Origin: Clostridia bacterium
GTDB lineage: Bacteria; Bacillota; Clostridia; Oscillospirales; UBA644
DNA length: 48,366 nucleotides
NCBI GenBank assembly: GCA_017623895.1
Contig: JAGAOB010000013.1
Coordinates: 1-48,366, forward strand
Reading direction: 5' to 3'
Shown: positions 28,772 through 37,408 of the stretch, piece after piece
Layout of the letters: each line of letters begins with the position of its first letter
Numbering within the stretch: the stretch's first letter is position 1
Position numbers and translations under genes: made by a program
The notes under the pieces: generated by a model
Database searches by the model: none
Told to the model about the DNA's origin: nothing
Seen by the model: the letters and a program-made list of their open reading frames with translations, nothing else

Positions 28772-29863
28772 ATGGATCGGTACGACAACGTGCTTAACAG
28801 CGACGAGAAAGCCGCCTTCGGGCTGCGGGATCTGTACCGCAGCTACGGCTACCGTCCTTACAAAATGAGTAAATTTGAAGAATACGATCTTTACGTGCGG
28901 AATAAAGACTTTTTGGTCTCCGACAACGTCATCACCTTTACCGACACAAACGGCCGTCTGATGGCGCTGAAGCCCGACGTGACGCTGTCGATCATCAAAA
29001 ACGGAAAAGACGCGGCGGGAACCGTAGAAAAGGTATATTATAACGAAAACGTCTACCGCATCTCCAAGGGAACCCATTCGTATAAGGAAATTATGCAGGT
29101 GGGCTTGGAATGCATCGGCGACGTGGACGATTATCGGATTTTGGAGGTTTTGACCCTTGCGGCGGAAAGCCTGAAGCAGATCTCCGACGAAAGCGTTCTG
29201 GACCTGTCCCACCTGGGCATCGTCTCGGAGGTCCTGGAGGCATCGGGTCTTTCCGACGGAGGAAAAAAGGAGGTTCTCACATTTTTGGGAGAAAAGAACC
29301 TTCACGGCGCAATGGAGATATGTGAAAAGGAAGGCGTCTGCGGTGAATTCTCCGACGCGATCAAAACGCTGATCACAACCTACGGAGATCCGCGTACCGT
29401 TCTTCCCGTACTCAGGTCTATGGGAATCGGAAAGAAAAGCCTTGCTCAGCTGGAGAGCTTGGTCCTTGCGCTGACGGAAGGCGGAATAGACACGGTACGC
29501 ATCGATTTTTCGGTCATCAACGATATGCGCTATTACAACGGCATCGTCTTCCGCGGATTTGTCAAGGGAATCCCCACGGGAATTTTATCGGGAGGCCAAT
29601 ACGATAAAATGATGAAAAAGCTGGGGCGCAAATCCCGTGCCATCGGATTTGCGGTCTATCTGGACCTGCTGCAGCAGCTGCAGAATTCCGAGGAATACGA
29701 CGTGGATACGGTGCTTCTCTACGACGACACCGACACGCCCTCTCAGATCGCCGCCGCTCTGAAAACACTTCAGAAGACGGGAACGGTCACGGCGCTTCGC
29801 AATCCTCCCTCGCTGAAATACAAATCCCTCATCACGGTAAAGGAGGCTGCAAACCTTGGATAA
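28772..29863 (+). CDS. hisZ: ATP phosphoribosyltransferase regulatory subunit
   Basis: LKPDVTLSI, QVGLE, YYNGIVF, SGGQYD, AIGFA; precedes the short hisG. Confidence 0.9.
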   Translation: MDRYDNVLNSDEKAAFGLRDLYRSYGYRPYKMSKFEEYDLYVRNKDFLVSDNVITFTDTNGRLMALKPDVTLSIIKNGKDAAGTVEKVYYNENVYRISKGTHSYKEIMQVGLECIGDVDDYRILEVLTLAAESLKQISDESVLDLSHLGIVSEVLEASGLSDGGKKEVLTFLGEKNLHGAMEICEKEGVCGEFSDAIKTLITTYGDPRTVLPVLRSMGIGKKSLAQLESLVLALTEGGIDTVRIDFSVINDMRYYNGIVFRGFVKGIPTGILSGGQYDKMMKKLGRKSRAIGFAVYLDLLQQLQNSEEYDVDTVLLYDDTDTPSQIAAALKTLQKTGTVTALRNPPSLKYKSLITVKEAANLG

Positions 29864-30494
29864 GATGCTGAACGTTGCCCTCCCCACGGGAAGATTGGGA
29901 GAAAAGGTCTACGGGATGTTTGAAGCGGCAGGCTTTGAATGTCCCTCCATTAAGGAAAACAACCGAAAGCTGATTTTTGAAAACCCCGAAAAGGGTGTCC
30001 GCTATTTCTGGGTCAAGCCCTCCGACGTTGCTATTTACGTAGAACGGGGTGCGGCAGACGTAGGCGTTGCGGGGAAGGATATTCTTTTGGAATACCGCCC
30101 CGAAATTTACGAGCTTCTGGATCTGAAGATCGGGAAATGCCGTATGGCGGTAGCGGCGAAAAGCGATTTTCGGGATGATCCGAACCGAACCCTGAAGGTG
30201 GCGACGAAATTTTCCAACATCGCCTTGGATTATTACACCTCCCTCGGTCGGGATATCGACGTGATCCATCTGAACGGCTCCATCGAGATTGCGCCTATTT
30301 TAGGACTTTCCGACGTCATCGTGGACATCGTGGAGACGGGAACGACGCTAAAGGAAAACAAGCTGGAGGTCATTGAGACCATCGTTCCCATCAGCGCCCG
30401 CCTGATCGCAAACAAAGCGGGATTCAAATTTAAGAACGCTATGATTCAAGCCGTAATGAACGGCCTTGCAAAACAAACGGAGGAATCGAAATGA
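29856..30494 (+). CDS. hisG: ATP phosphoribosyltransferase (short form)
   Basis: ALPTGRL, KPSDV..YVE.G.AD.GV.GKD, DIVETGTTLKEN; TTG start after AAGGAGG. Confidence 0.95.
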   Translation: MDKMLNVALPTGRLGEKVYGMFEAAGFECPSIKENNRKLIFENPEKGVRYFWVKPSDVAIYVERGAADVGVAGKDILLEYRPEIYELLDLKIGKCRMAVAAKSDFRDDPNRTLKVATKFSNIALDYYTSLGRDIDVIHLNGSIEIAPILGLSDVIVDIVETGTTLKENKLEVIETIVPISARLIANKAGFKFKNAMIQAVMNGLAKQTEESK

Positions 30495-31771
30495 TTCGAA
30501 TTCTGAAATACGGCGAAGTGGCAAATCAAGATATTTTCGCACGGGTCGTCCCCGAGATCGACGTTGAAGCAACGGTGGCGGAGATTATCGCAACCGTCCG
30601 CAGAGACGGGGACAAGGCCCTGTACGCATACTGTGAAAAATTCGACGGAGCCTGCCTCACGTCCCTGCTGGTCTCGGAGGAAGAGATCGACGAAGCGGTG
30701 GCGGCGGTAGAGCCGAAATTCTTGGAAATTCTTACGCAAGCGGCGGAAAACATCCGCAAATTTCACGAAAAGCAGGTTCGCAACAGCTTTATCATTAACG
30801 ATCAGGACGGCATCGTCGTGGGACAGAAGATCATCCCCGTAGACCGTGCGGGCCTGTACGTGCCCGGCGGAACTGCCGCCTATCCCTCCACCGTGCTGAT
30901 GGACTCCATCCCCGCAAAGATTGCAGGATGCAAGGAGGTGGTCATCACCACGCCCCCGAGAAAGGACGGAAAGGTCAATCCCGTCATTCTTGCAGCGGCA
31001 AAAATCGCAGGCGTGGATAAGATCTTCAAGCTGGGCGGCGCCCAAGCCGTTGCCGCCTTGGCATACGGAACCGAAACCGTCCCCAAGGTCGATAAGATCG
31101 TAGGACCGGGCAACGCCTTCGTTGCGGAAGCAAAAAAGCAGGTCTTCGGTCAGGTCTCCATCGATATGATCGCAGGCCCCAGCGAGATCCTTATCGTTGC
31201 CGACGGTGCGTCCGATCCCCGTCACGTGGCGTCGGACCTGCTTTCTCAAGCAGAGCACGATAAGCTCGCCTCGGGGGTGCTGGTCACGGAATCTATGGAA
31301 TTGGCCCTTGCGGTTCAACGGGAATTGGAGGTTCAGATCCCCCAATTGGAACGGGCGGAAATTGCCCGCACATCTATCGACAAAAACGGGAAGATCATCG
31401 TGGCTCCCGACCTTTCAGTTGCCGTAGACATCTCCAACGAGATCGCTCCCGAGCATTTGGAGCTGTGCGTGGACAATCCCTTTGATTGGCTGGACAAGAT
31501 CCGTCACGCAGGATCCATCTTTATGGGGCGCAACTGTCCCGAAGCCTTGGGCGATTACTTCGCGGGTCCCAATCACACCCTGTCCACGGGAGGAACTGCA
31601 AGGTTTTCCAATCCCCTGTCGGTGGACGATTTCGTAAAGAAGACCCAATACACCTATTACACCAAGGACGCCCTGGCAAGGGTTGCCGACAAGGTGGCGT
31701 TTTTCGCAGAAAAAGAGGGCTTGACCGCCCACGCAAGAAGCGCCGTCGTGCGTCTTGAGGAGAAATTATGA
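30491..31771 (+). CDS. hisD: Histidinol dehydrogenase
   Basis: YVPGG, GGAQA, GPGN, IDMIAGPSE, QAEHD, APEHLE, GDY.AGPNH. Confidence 0.95.
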   Translation: MIRILKYGEVANQDIFARVVPEIDVEATVAEIIATVRRDGDKALYAYCEKFDGACLTSLLVSEEEIDEAVAAVEPKFLEILTQAAENIRKFHEKQVRNSFIINDQDGIVVGQKIIPVDRAGLYVPGGTAAYPSTVLMDSIPAKIAGCKEVVITTPPRKDGKVNPVILAAAKIAGVDKIFKLGGAQAVAALAYGTETVPKVDKIVGPGNAFVAEAKKQVFGQVSIDMIAGPSEILIVADGASDPRHVASDLLSQAEHDKLASGVLVTESMELALAVQRELEVQIPQLERAEIARTSIDKNGKIIVAPDLSVAVDISNEIAPEHLELCVDNPFDWLDKIRHAGSIFMGRNCPEALGDYFAGPNHTLSTGGTARFSNPLSVDDFVKKTQYTYYTKDALARVADKVAFFAEKEGLTAHARSAVVRLEEKL

Positions 31772-32832
31772 GTCGCTTTCTGATCGAAAAGCACAAGGCT
31801 CTGGTCCCCTATACTCCGGGGGAACAGCCCAAAATACAAAATCTGATCAAGCTGAACACCAACGAATCGCCCTACCCTCCCACGGCAGAGACCGTAGCGG
31901 CGGCAGAGCAAGAAGCGAAACGGCTTCACCTCTACCCCGACCCGACCTGCAGCGGACTGTGCGAGGCCTTCGCAAAACGGTGCGGCGTTTCGTCGGACCA
32001 GGTCATCGCCGTCAACGGCTCGGATGAAATTCTCAACTTTGCGTTTATGGCCTTCTGCGACGAATCCAGACCTGCGGTGTTCCCCGATATCACCTACGGA
32101 TTTTACCCCGTCTTTGCGGAGTTGAATCAGGTTCCCTACGAAGAGATTCCCCTGGAACGGGATCTATCGGTGGATCCGAGAAAGTATATGGGAATCGGGA
32201 AAAACATCTTTTTGGCAAACCCCAACGCGCCAACAGGTATCGCCCTGTCGGTAAAGGACATTGCGCAAATCGTCGCGTCCAATCCCGACAATCTGGTGGT
32301 CATCGACGAGGCGTACGTAGATTTCGGAGCAGAAAGCTGTATTTCGCTGATCCGAAAATACGACAATCTGCTTGTGACCCAAACCTTTTCCAAATCCCGC
32401 TCTATGGCGGGGGCACGGCTGGGCTTCGGCATCGGCTGTGAGGACTTGATTCGGGATCTGAATACCGTACGGTATTCCACAAATCCCTATAACGTCAACC
32501 GTATGACGATGGCGGCAGGAATCGCAACGCTGAAAAACGATGCCATTACCGTAAAAAATTGCGAAAGCATCATAAAAACGCGAGAAAGTACCATCGAAGA
32601 ATTAAATCGTATCGGCTTTGAAACCACCCCTTCCTCGGCGAACTTCATCTTCGCAAGACATCCTGAGATTGACGGAAAGGATTTGTACCTGAAATTGAAG
32701 GAACGGGGAATTTTGGTACGGCATTTTGACAAAGAACGCATCTCCCAATACAACCGCATCACCGTCGGGACTCCCGAGCAAATGCAATGTCTGACCGACG
32801 CGATCAAACAAATTATGGAGGAATCAAAATGA
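31768..32832 (+). CDS. hisC: Histidinol-phosphate aminotransferase
   Basis: KLNTNESP, NGSDE, NPNAPTG, DEAY, TFSKS...R.G. Confidence 0.95.
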   Translation: MSRFLIEKHKALVPYTPGEQPKIQNLIKLNTNESPYPPTAETVAAAEQEAKRLHLYPDPTCSGLCEAFAKRCGVSSDQVIAVNGSDEILNFAFMAFCDESRPAVFPDITYGFYPVFAELNQVPYEEIPLERDLSVDPRKYMGIGKNIFLANPNAPTGIALSVKDIAQIVASNPDNLVVIDEAYVDFGAESCISLIRKYDNLLVTQTFSKSRSMAGARLGFGIGCEDLIRDLNTVRYSTNPYNVNRMTMAAGIATLKNDAITVKNCESIIKTRESTIEELNRIGFETTPSSANFIFARHPEIDGKDLYLKLKERGILVRHFDKERISQYNRITVGTPEQMQCLTDAIKQIMEESK

Positions 32833-33416
32833 GAAACGCTACCGTTCGCCGCACGACGGCGGAAACCGACATCACCTTGTCCCTTGCCCTTGACGGCACG
32901 GGAATGTCCGACGTAAACACGGGGTGTGGATTTTTGGATCATATGCTCACCCTGTTGGCACGGCACAGCCGTTTTGACCTTTCGGTCACCTGCAAGGGAG
33001 ACCTGGAGGTAGACGATCACCACACCGTAGAGGACGTGGGAATCTGCCTCGGGCAAGCCGTGGCGGAGGCACTAAACGAAAAGCGGGGAATAAACCGCTA
33101 CGGTTCCATCCTTCTTCCTATGGACGAGGCACTGATTGCGGCGGCAATCGACCTTTCGGGACGGTGCTATCTGGGATACGATCTTTCTATTCCGACGGAA
33201 AAGGTAGGAACCTTCGATACCGAGCTGGTCAAAGAATTTTTTATGGCCTTTGCCCGTCAAGCCGCCTGCACTCTGCATCTGAAGCAGATGGCGGGAGAAA
33301 ACGCTCACCACATCATTGAAGGCGCCTTTAAGGCCTTCGGGCGGATTCTTCGCCAAGCCGCGGCCGTAGATCCCGACGCGGCAGACGAGATCCCCTCCAC
33401 GAAGGGAGTTCTTTGA
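32829..33416 (+). CDS. hisB: Imidazoleglycerol-phosphate dehydratase (monofunctional)
   Basis: GFLDHML, DDHHTVED, PMDE, NAHHIIE, PSTKG. Confidence 0.95.
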   Translation: MRNATVRRTTAETDITLSLALDGTGMSDVNTGCGFLDHMLTLLARHSRFDLSVTCKGDLEVDDHHTVEDVGICLGQAVAEALNEKRGINRYGSILLPMDEALIAAAIDLSGRCYLGYDLSIPTEKVGTFDTELVKEFFMAFARQAACTLHLKQMAGENAHHIIEGAFKAFGRILRQAAAVDPDAADEIPSTKGVL

Positions 33417-34027
33417 TGATTGCCATCGTAGATTACGGCGTAGGCAATCTGTTTTCGCTGAAAAGCTCCTTTCTTTCCGTGGGGGCAGACGCCGTAGTCA
33501 CCGACGATGCCGAAATCCTGAAGCGTGCCGACCACATCGTACTTCCGGGCGTAGGTGCCTTCGGAGACGCAGTAAAAAAGCTGCGGGAATCGGGGTTGTA
33601 TCAAGTGGTCATCGACGAAGCCCGCGGAGGAAAGCCTCTTCTGGGGATCTGCCTTGGGATGCAAATGCTTTTGGAAAAAAGCTATGAATACGGCGAGCAC
33701 GAAGGATTAGGGCTGATCCAAGGCTCGATCCGTCCCATCGGAGACGTGATTCCGAGCAATTATAAAGTTCCTCACATCGGATGGAACGCACTGCATTTCC
33801 CCAAGCAAAAGCATCCGCTGTTCAAAAATGTGAAAGACGGGGATTACGTTTATTTCGTCCATTCGTATCACGGAACCGACTGTTCCGAAAATCTGGCGGC
33901 GACCACCGAATACGGAGGAACACTGACGGCGGCCGTGGCACAGGGAAGCATAATGGGCTGCCAATTCCATCCCGAAAAAAGCGGAGATGTCGGCCTGAAA
34001 ATTTTGAAAGCTTTTTGCGAGCTGTGA
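33416..34027 (+). CDS. hisH: Imidazole glycerol phosphate synthase, glutaminase subunit
   Basis: DYGVGN, PGVGAF, GICLGMQ, PHIGWN, FVHSY, QFHPEKS. Confidence 0.95.
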   Translation: MIAIVDYGVGNLFSLKSSFLSVGADAVVTDDAEILKRADHIVLPGVGAFGDAVKKLRESGLYQVVIDEARGGKPLLGICLGMQMLLEKSYEYGEHEGLGLIQGSIRPIGDVIPSNYKVPHIGWNALHFPKQKHPLFKNVKDGDYVYFVHSYHGTDCSENLAATTEYGGTLTAAVAQGSIMGCQFHPEKSGDVGLKILKAFCEL

Positions 34028-34039
34028 AAGGAGCCTTCT

Positions 34040-34237
34040 ATGGCAAAGCCAAAAAAGGATAAGCGTTTTATCATCAAGGAATCCTACGGCGGATTTTCCT
34101 TGGGGACCTACGTTTTAGTGGATAAAAAAACGGGCGTAAACTACCTTTATGCCAACGGCGGATATTCGGGCGGGCTTACCCTGTTGGTGGATGCCCAAGG
34201 AAAGCCCATCGTCACACCCGTGGTAGAAGAAGAATAA
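34040..34237 (+). CDS. Small protein, DUF6440-like
   Basis: RBS AAGGAG; VLVDKKTGVNYL...GYSGGLTLLVDAQGKP pattern. Confidence 0.7.
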   Translation: MAKPKKDKRFIIKESYGGFSLGTYVLVDKKTGVNYLYANGGYSGGLTLLVDAQGKPIVTPVVEEE

Positions 34238-34247
34238 GGAGCTTTTT

Positions 34248-34958
34248 ATGGTTTTATTTCCTGCCATTGACCTTTACCAAGGCAAGGCCGTCCGTTTATT
34301 GCGGGGAGATTATGAAAAAATGACCGTTTACAGCAACGATCCTCCCGAAATTGCAAAAAAATTCAAGGAAGCGGGGGCAACCCATCTTCATTTAGTGGAT
34401 TTGGAGGGAGCAAAAAACGGTGAGACCCCCAACCTGGAGACGATCAAATCCATCCTTGCGCAAACCGATCTGTTCACCGAGGTGGGAGGCGGGATTCGCA
34501 GTATGCAGGTCATTGACCGCTATCTTTCCGCGGGGGTCGACCGCGTCATTCTCGGAACTGCCGCAGTGACGGAGGAAGGCCTTGTGAAAGAAGCCGTTGC
34601 CCGATACGGAGACAAAATCGCGGTGGGCGTGGACATCAAGGACGGCTGTGTTGCCATCAAGGGATGGACCGAAACCTCGGGGATCGACGCCGTTTTCTTT
34701 TGCGAAAAAATGCAACGCCTCGGCGTTTCTACTCTGATCTGCACCGACATTTCCAAGGACGGTATGATGCAGGGAACCAATCGGGAGCTGTACCGCAAGC
34801 TGTCGGAGCAGTTTTCCATCAACCTCATCGCATCGGGCGGCGTTTCCACGCTGGACGACGTGAAGGCTCTGGCAGAAATGAATTTGTACGGTGCCATCAT
34901 CGGGAAGGCCTATTACACGGGAGCCATTGACTTGAAGGAGGCCATCGCCTTACTATGA
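34248..34958 (+). CDS. hisA: ProFAR isomerase
   Basis: PAIDL..GK.VRL..G, VDLEGA, VGGGIR, TDISKDG, ASGG. Confidence 0.95.
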   Translation: MVLFPAIDLYQGKAVRLLRGDYEKMTVYSNDPPEIAKKFKEAGATHLHLVDLEGAKNGETPNLETIKSILAQTDLFTEVGGGIRSMQVIDRYLSAGVDRVILGTAAVTEEGLVKEAVARYGDKIAVGVDIKDGCVAIKGWTETSGIDAVFFCEKMQRLGVSTLICTDISKDGMMQGTNRELYRKLSEQFSINLIASGGVSTLDDVKALAEMNLYGAIIGKAYYTGAIDLKEAIALL

Positions 34959-35713
34959 TTACCAAGCGCATCATCCCCTGTCTGGATGTAAAAGACGGCA
35001 GAGTGGTCAAGGGCGTAAACTTCCTCGGTCTTGCCGACGTCTCCTCTCCTGTATCGCTGGCCAAATACTACAGCGAGTGCGGCGCCGACGAGTTGGTGTT
35101 TTACGACATTACCGCCTCCGCAGAGGGCCGGGGTCTGTTTACCGATATTCTCCGCGAGGTAGCAAGCACAATCTTTATCCCCCTTACCGTGGGAGGCGGA
35201 ATCAACACCCTGGAGGACTTTGACCGCGTGCTGAAATGCGGTGCCGACAAGGTCAGCGTCAATTCGGGCGCCATCCGCAATCCCTCCCTTATCGGAGAAG
35301 CGGCAAAGCGGTACGGAGACCAATGCGTAGTCTTATCCGCAGACGTCAAACGGGTAGACGGCGTTTTTCGCGTCTTTTCCAAGGGCGGACGGGAAAACAC
35401 CGGAATGGAAGCCATTGAATGGATCAAGCGGGGCGTGGACGCCGGCGCGGGCGAAGTAGTGGTCAACTCCATCGACACCGACGGCGTAAAAAACGGATTC
35501 GATCTTGAAATGCTGGAGGCGGTCTGCAACGCCGTCAACGTTCCCGTGATCGCTTCGGGCGGCGCGGGAGGCATCGACCATTTCACCCAACTGTTTCGCG
35601 CCATTCCCACCATTGACGCGGGACTTGCGGCATCCATCTTCCATTTCGGAGAGGTTGCCATCCCCGACCTGAAAGAAGAATTGCATAAACAAGGAATTCC
35701 CGTAAGGAGATAA
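34955..35713 (+). CDS. hisF: Imidazole glycerol phosphate synthase, cyclase subunit
   Basis: RIIPCLDVKDGRVVKG, GADELVFYDITAS, PLTVGGGI, ASGGAG, AASIFH. Confidence 0.95.
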   Translation: MITKRIIPCLDVKDGRVVKGVNFLGLADVSSPVSLAKYYSECGADELVFYDITASAEGRGLFTDILREVASTIFIPLTVGGGINTLEDFDRVLKCGADKVSVNSGAIRNPSLIGEAAKRYGDQCVVLSADVKRVDGVFRVFSKGGRENTGMEAIEWIKRGVDAGAGEVVVNSIDTDGVKNGFDLEMLEAVCNAVNVPVIASGGAGGIDHFTQLFRAIPTIDAGLAASIFHFGEVAIPDLKEELHKQGIPVRR

Positions 35714-35716
35714 ATT

Positions 35717-36367
35717 ATGATCAATATCAACGAATTGAAATTTGACGAAAAGGGCTTGATTCCCGCCATCGTAGTGGACGCAAAAACCAAAGACGTCCTG
35801 ACCCTGGCGTATATGAACAGGGAGAGCCTTGAAATCAGCATTAAAGAAGAAAAAACCTGCTTTTGGTCCCGTTCCCGCAACGAACTGTGGAGAAAGGGAG
35901 AGACCTCGGGCAATTATCAGCATATCGTTTCTATCACCGCCGATTGCGACAAGGACGCGCTGACGGTCGTCGTGGAAAAGGACGGCCCTGCCTGCCATCT
36001 GGGGGCAGAATCCTGCTTCCATAATCCCATCTTTGAAAGCGACGAGAGACAGGCATTTTCTCTGCAATCCTTGATGACCCTCATCGAGGGCAGAAAAACC
36101 GAGAAAAAAGAAGGCTCGTACACCACCTACCTTTTTGAAAAAGGAATCGACAAGATTCTGAAAAAGGTCGGAGAGGAATGCACCGAGGTCATTATCGCAG
36201 GCAAGGCGGACGACAAAAAGGAAACCATCTACGAAATTGCCGATTTGACCTATCACGTGATGGTTCTGATGATCGAAATGGGAATCTCCCTTCAGGACAT
36301 TCACGACGAGCTTGCCTCCCGTCACGTCATCGACAAAAAGGTCAAGCAGGAAAAAATGACGAAATAA
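35717..36367 (+). CDS. hisIE: Bifunctional PR-AMP cyclohydrolase / PR-ATP pyrophosphatase
   Basis: [39 protein letters not shown]. Confidence 0.95.
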   Translation: MININELKFDEKGLIPAIVVDAKTKDVLTLAYMNRESLEISIKEEKTCFWSRSRNELWRKGETSGNYQHIVSITADCDKDALTVVVEKDGPACHLGAESCFHNPIFESDERQAFSLQSLMTLIEGRKTEKKEGSYTTYLFEKGIDKILKKVGEECTEVIIAGKADDKKETIYEIADLTYHVMVLMIEMGISLQDIHDELASRHVIDKKVKQEKMTK

Positions 36368-36372
36368 CGATA

Positions 36373-36449
36373 AAGTCCGACGCAAAGTTCAGCGTCGGAC
36401 TTTTTTCTGAAAATAAACCACTCCGCCCAAGGAATTGGGCGGAGTTTTT
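36373..36449. terminator. Pair of terminator hairpins between the his operon and the convergent operon
   Basis: AAGTCCGACGC/GCGTCGGACTT plus T-tract; ACTCCGCCCAA/TTGGGCGGAGT. Confidence 0.75.
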
Positions 36450-36489
36450 GCGTTTTCTGATAAAAGGAACGATAAAACCTTCGTTATAA

Positions 36490-37329
36490 TTAAACCGTTT
36501 CGGTTTGAAAAATCGAATCAGACAGAGAAAAGAGGCTCTTGGCATTCTTCCAAAAAATCTGCTGACGCTCATCGTCGGTAAGGTTGAGCGCCAAGAAATG
36601 CTCCAGCTCCTCGACGGGAGACCACATCGGGTAATCGGTTCCGTATAAAACCCGATGAACACCGTATTTGTGAATCAGCTCTGCGGCGATCTCGGGGTGC
36701 TTCATAAAGGGGAGGCTGGAGGAACAGTCTACGTAAAGATTGGGATATTTCGCCATTTGTTCCGTGGCATCTTCCCAAATCGACCAGCCTCCGAAATGCG
36801 CACCGATCACCGTTAGATCGGGAAATTGCTCCAGCACGGGAATCAAGCGGTTTGGGTTGGAATAATCGTACCGATAATCCCCCGTGTGCATCAATACGGG
36901 CAGTCCCTCTTTTTCACAGCAGGCGTACATTTTCAAAAACCCCGCGTGATCCAAGGGACGGGCTTGAATATCGGGATGAATCTTAATTCCCTTTAAGCCC
37001 AAGGCCTTCAGGTGGGAAATTTCCCCCTCAATATCCTCACATTCGGGGTGCATCGTTCCTAGCCCCGTCAGCCGTCCTCCCGCCGCAGCCACGGAGGCTG
37101 CGATGAACTCGTTAATAGAACGAACCTGCTTTGGAGTGGTGGCAACCGATTGCACGATAAAGTGATCGGTTCCCGCCCTCACCCCAACCTCCAAAAGCTC
37201 ACCGATGGTCCCTTGAGGACAGCGGGCTGTAGTCCCATAAAAGGCGTCGGTACCCGCCACGGCTCGCGCGGCAATCTTTTCGGGGTATATATGACAATGT
37301 GCGTCAATAACAAAGCTTCCGTTTACCAT
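36490..37329 (-). CDS. Amidohydrolase_2 family TIM-barrel metalloenzyme
   Basis: IDAHCH, GIKIHP, MHTG, AHFGG, YGTDYP. Confidence 0.85.
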   Translation of the reverse strand: MVNGSFVIDAHCHIYPEKIAARAVAGTDAFYGTTARCPQGTIGELLEVGVRAGTDHFIVQSVATTPKQVRSINEFIAASVAAAGGRLTGLGTMHPECEDIEGEISHLKALGLKGIKIHPDIQARPLDHAGFLKMYACCEKEGLPVLMHTGDYRYDYSNPNRLIPVLEQFPDLTVIGAHFGGWSIWEDATEQMAKYPNLYVDCSSSLPFMKHPEIAAELIHKYGVHRVLYGTDYPMWSPVEELEHFLALNLTDDERQQIFWKNAKSLFSLSDSIFQTETV

Positions 37330-37408
37330 CGGTTAATCCTTCTTCTGCGGTATTCTTTCGGAGTTCGCACGGCAGTGCGCGTCGACGGCGACGCCGTTTT
37401 TTCGTCGG

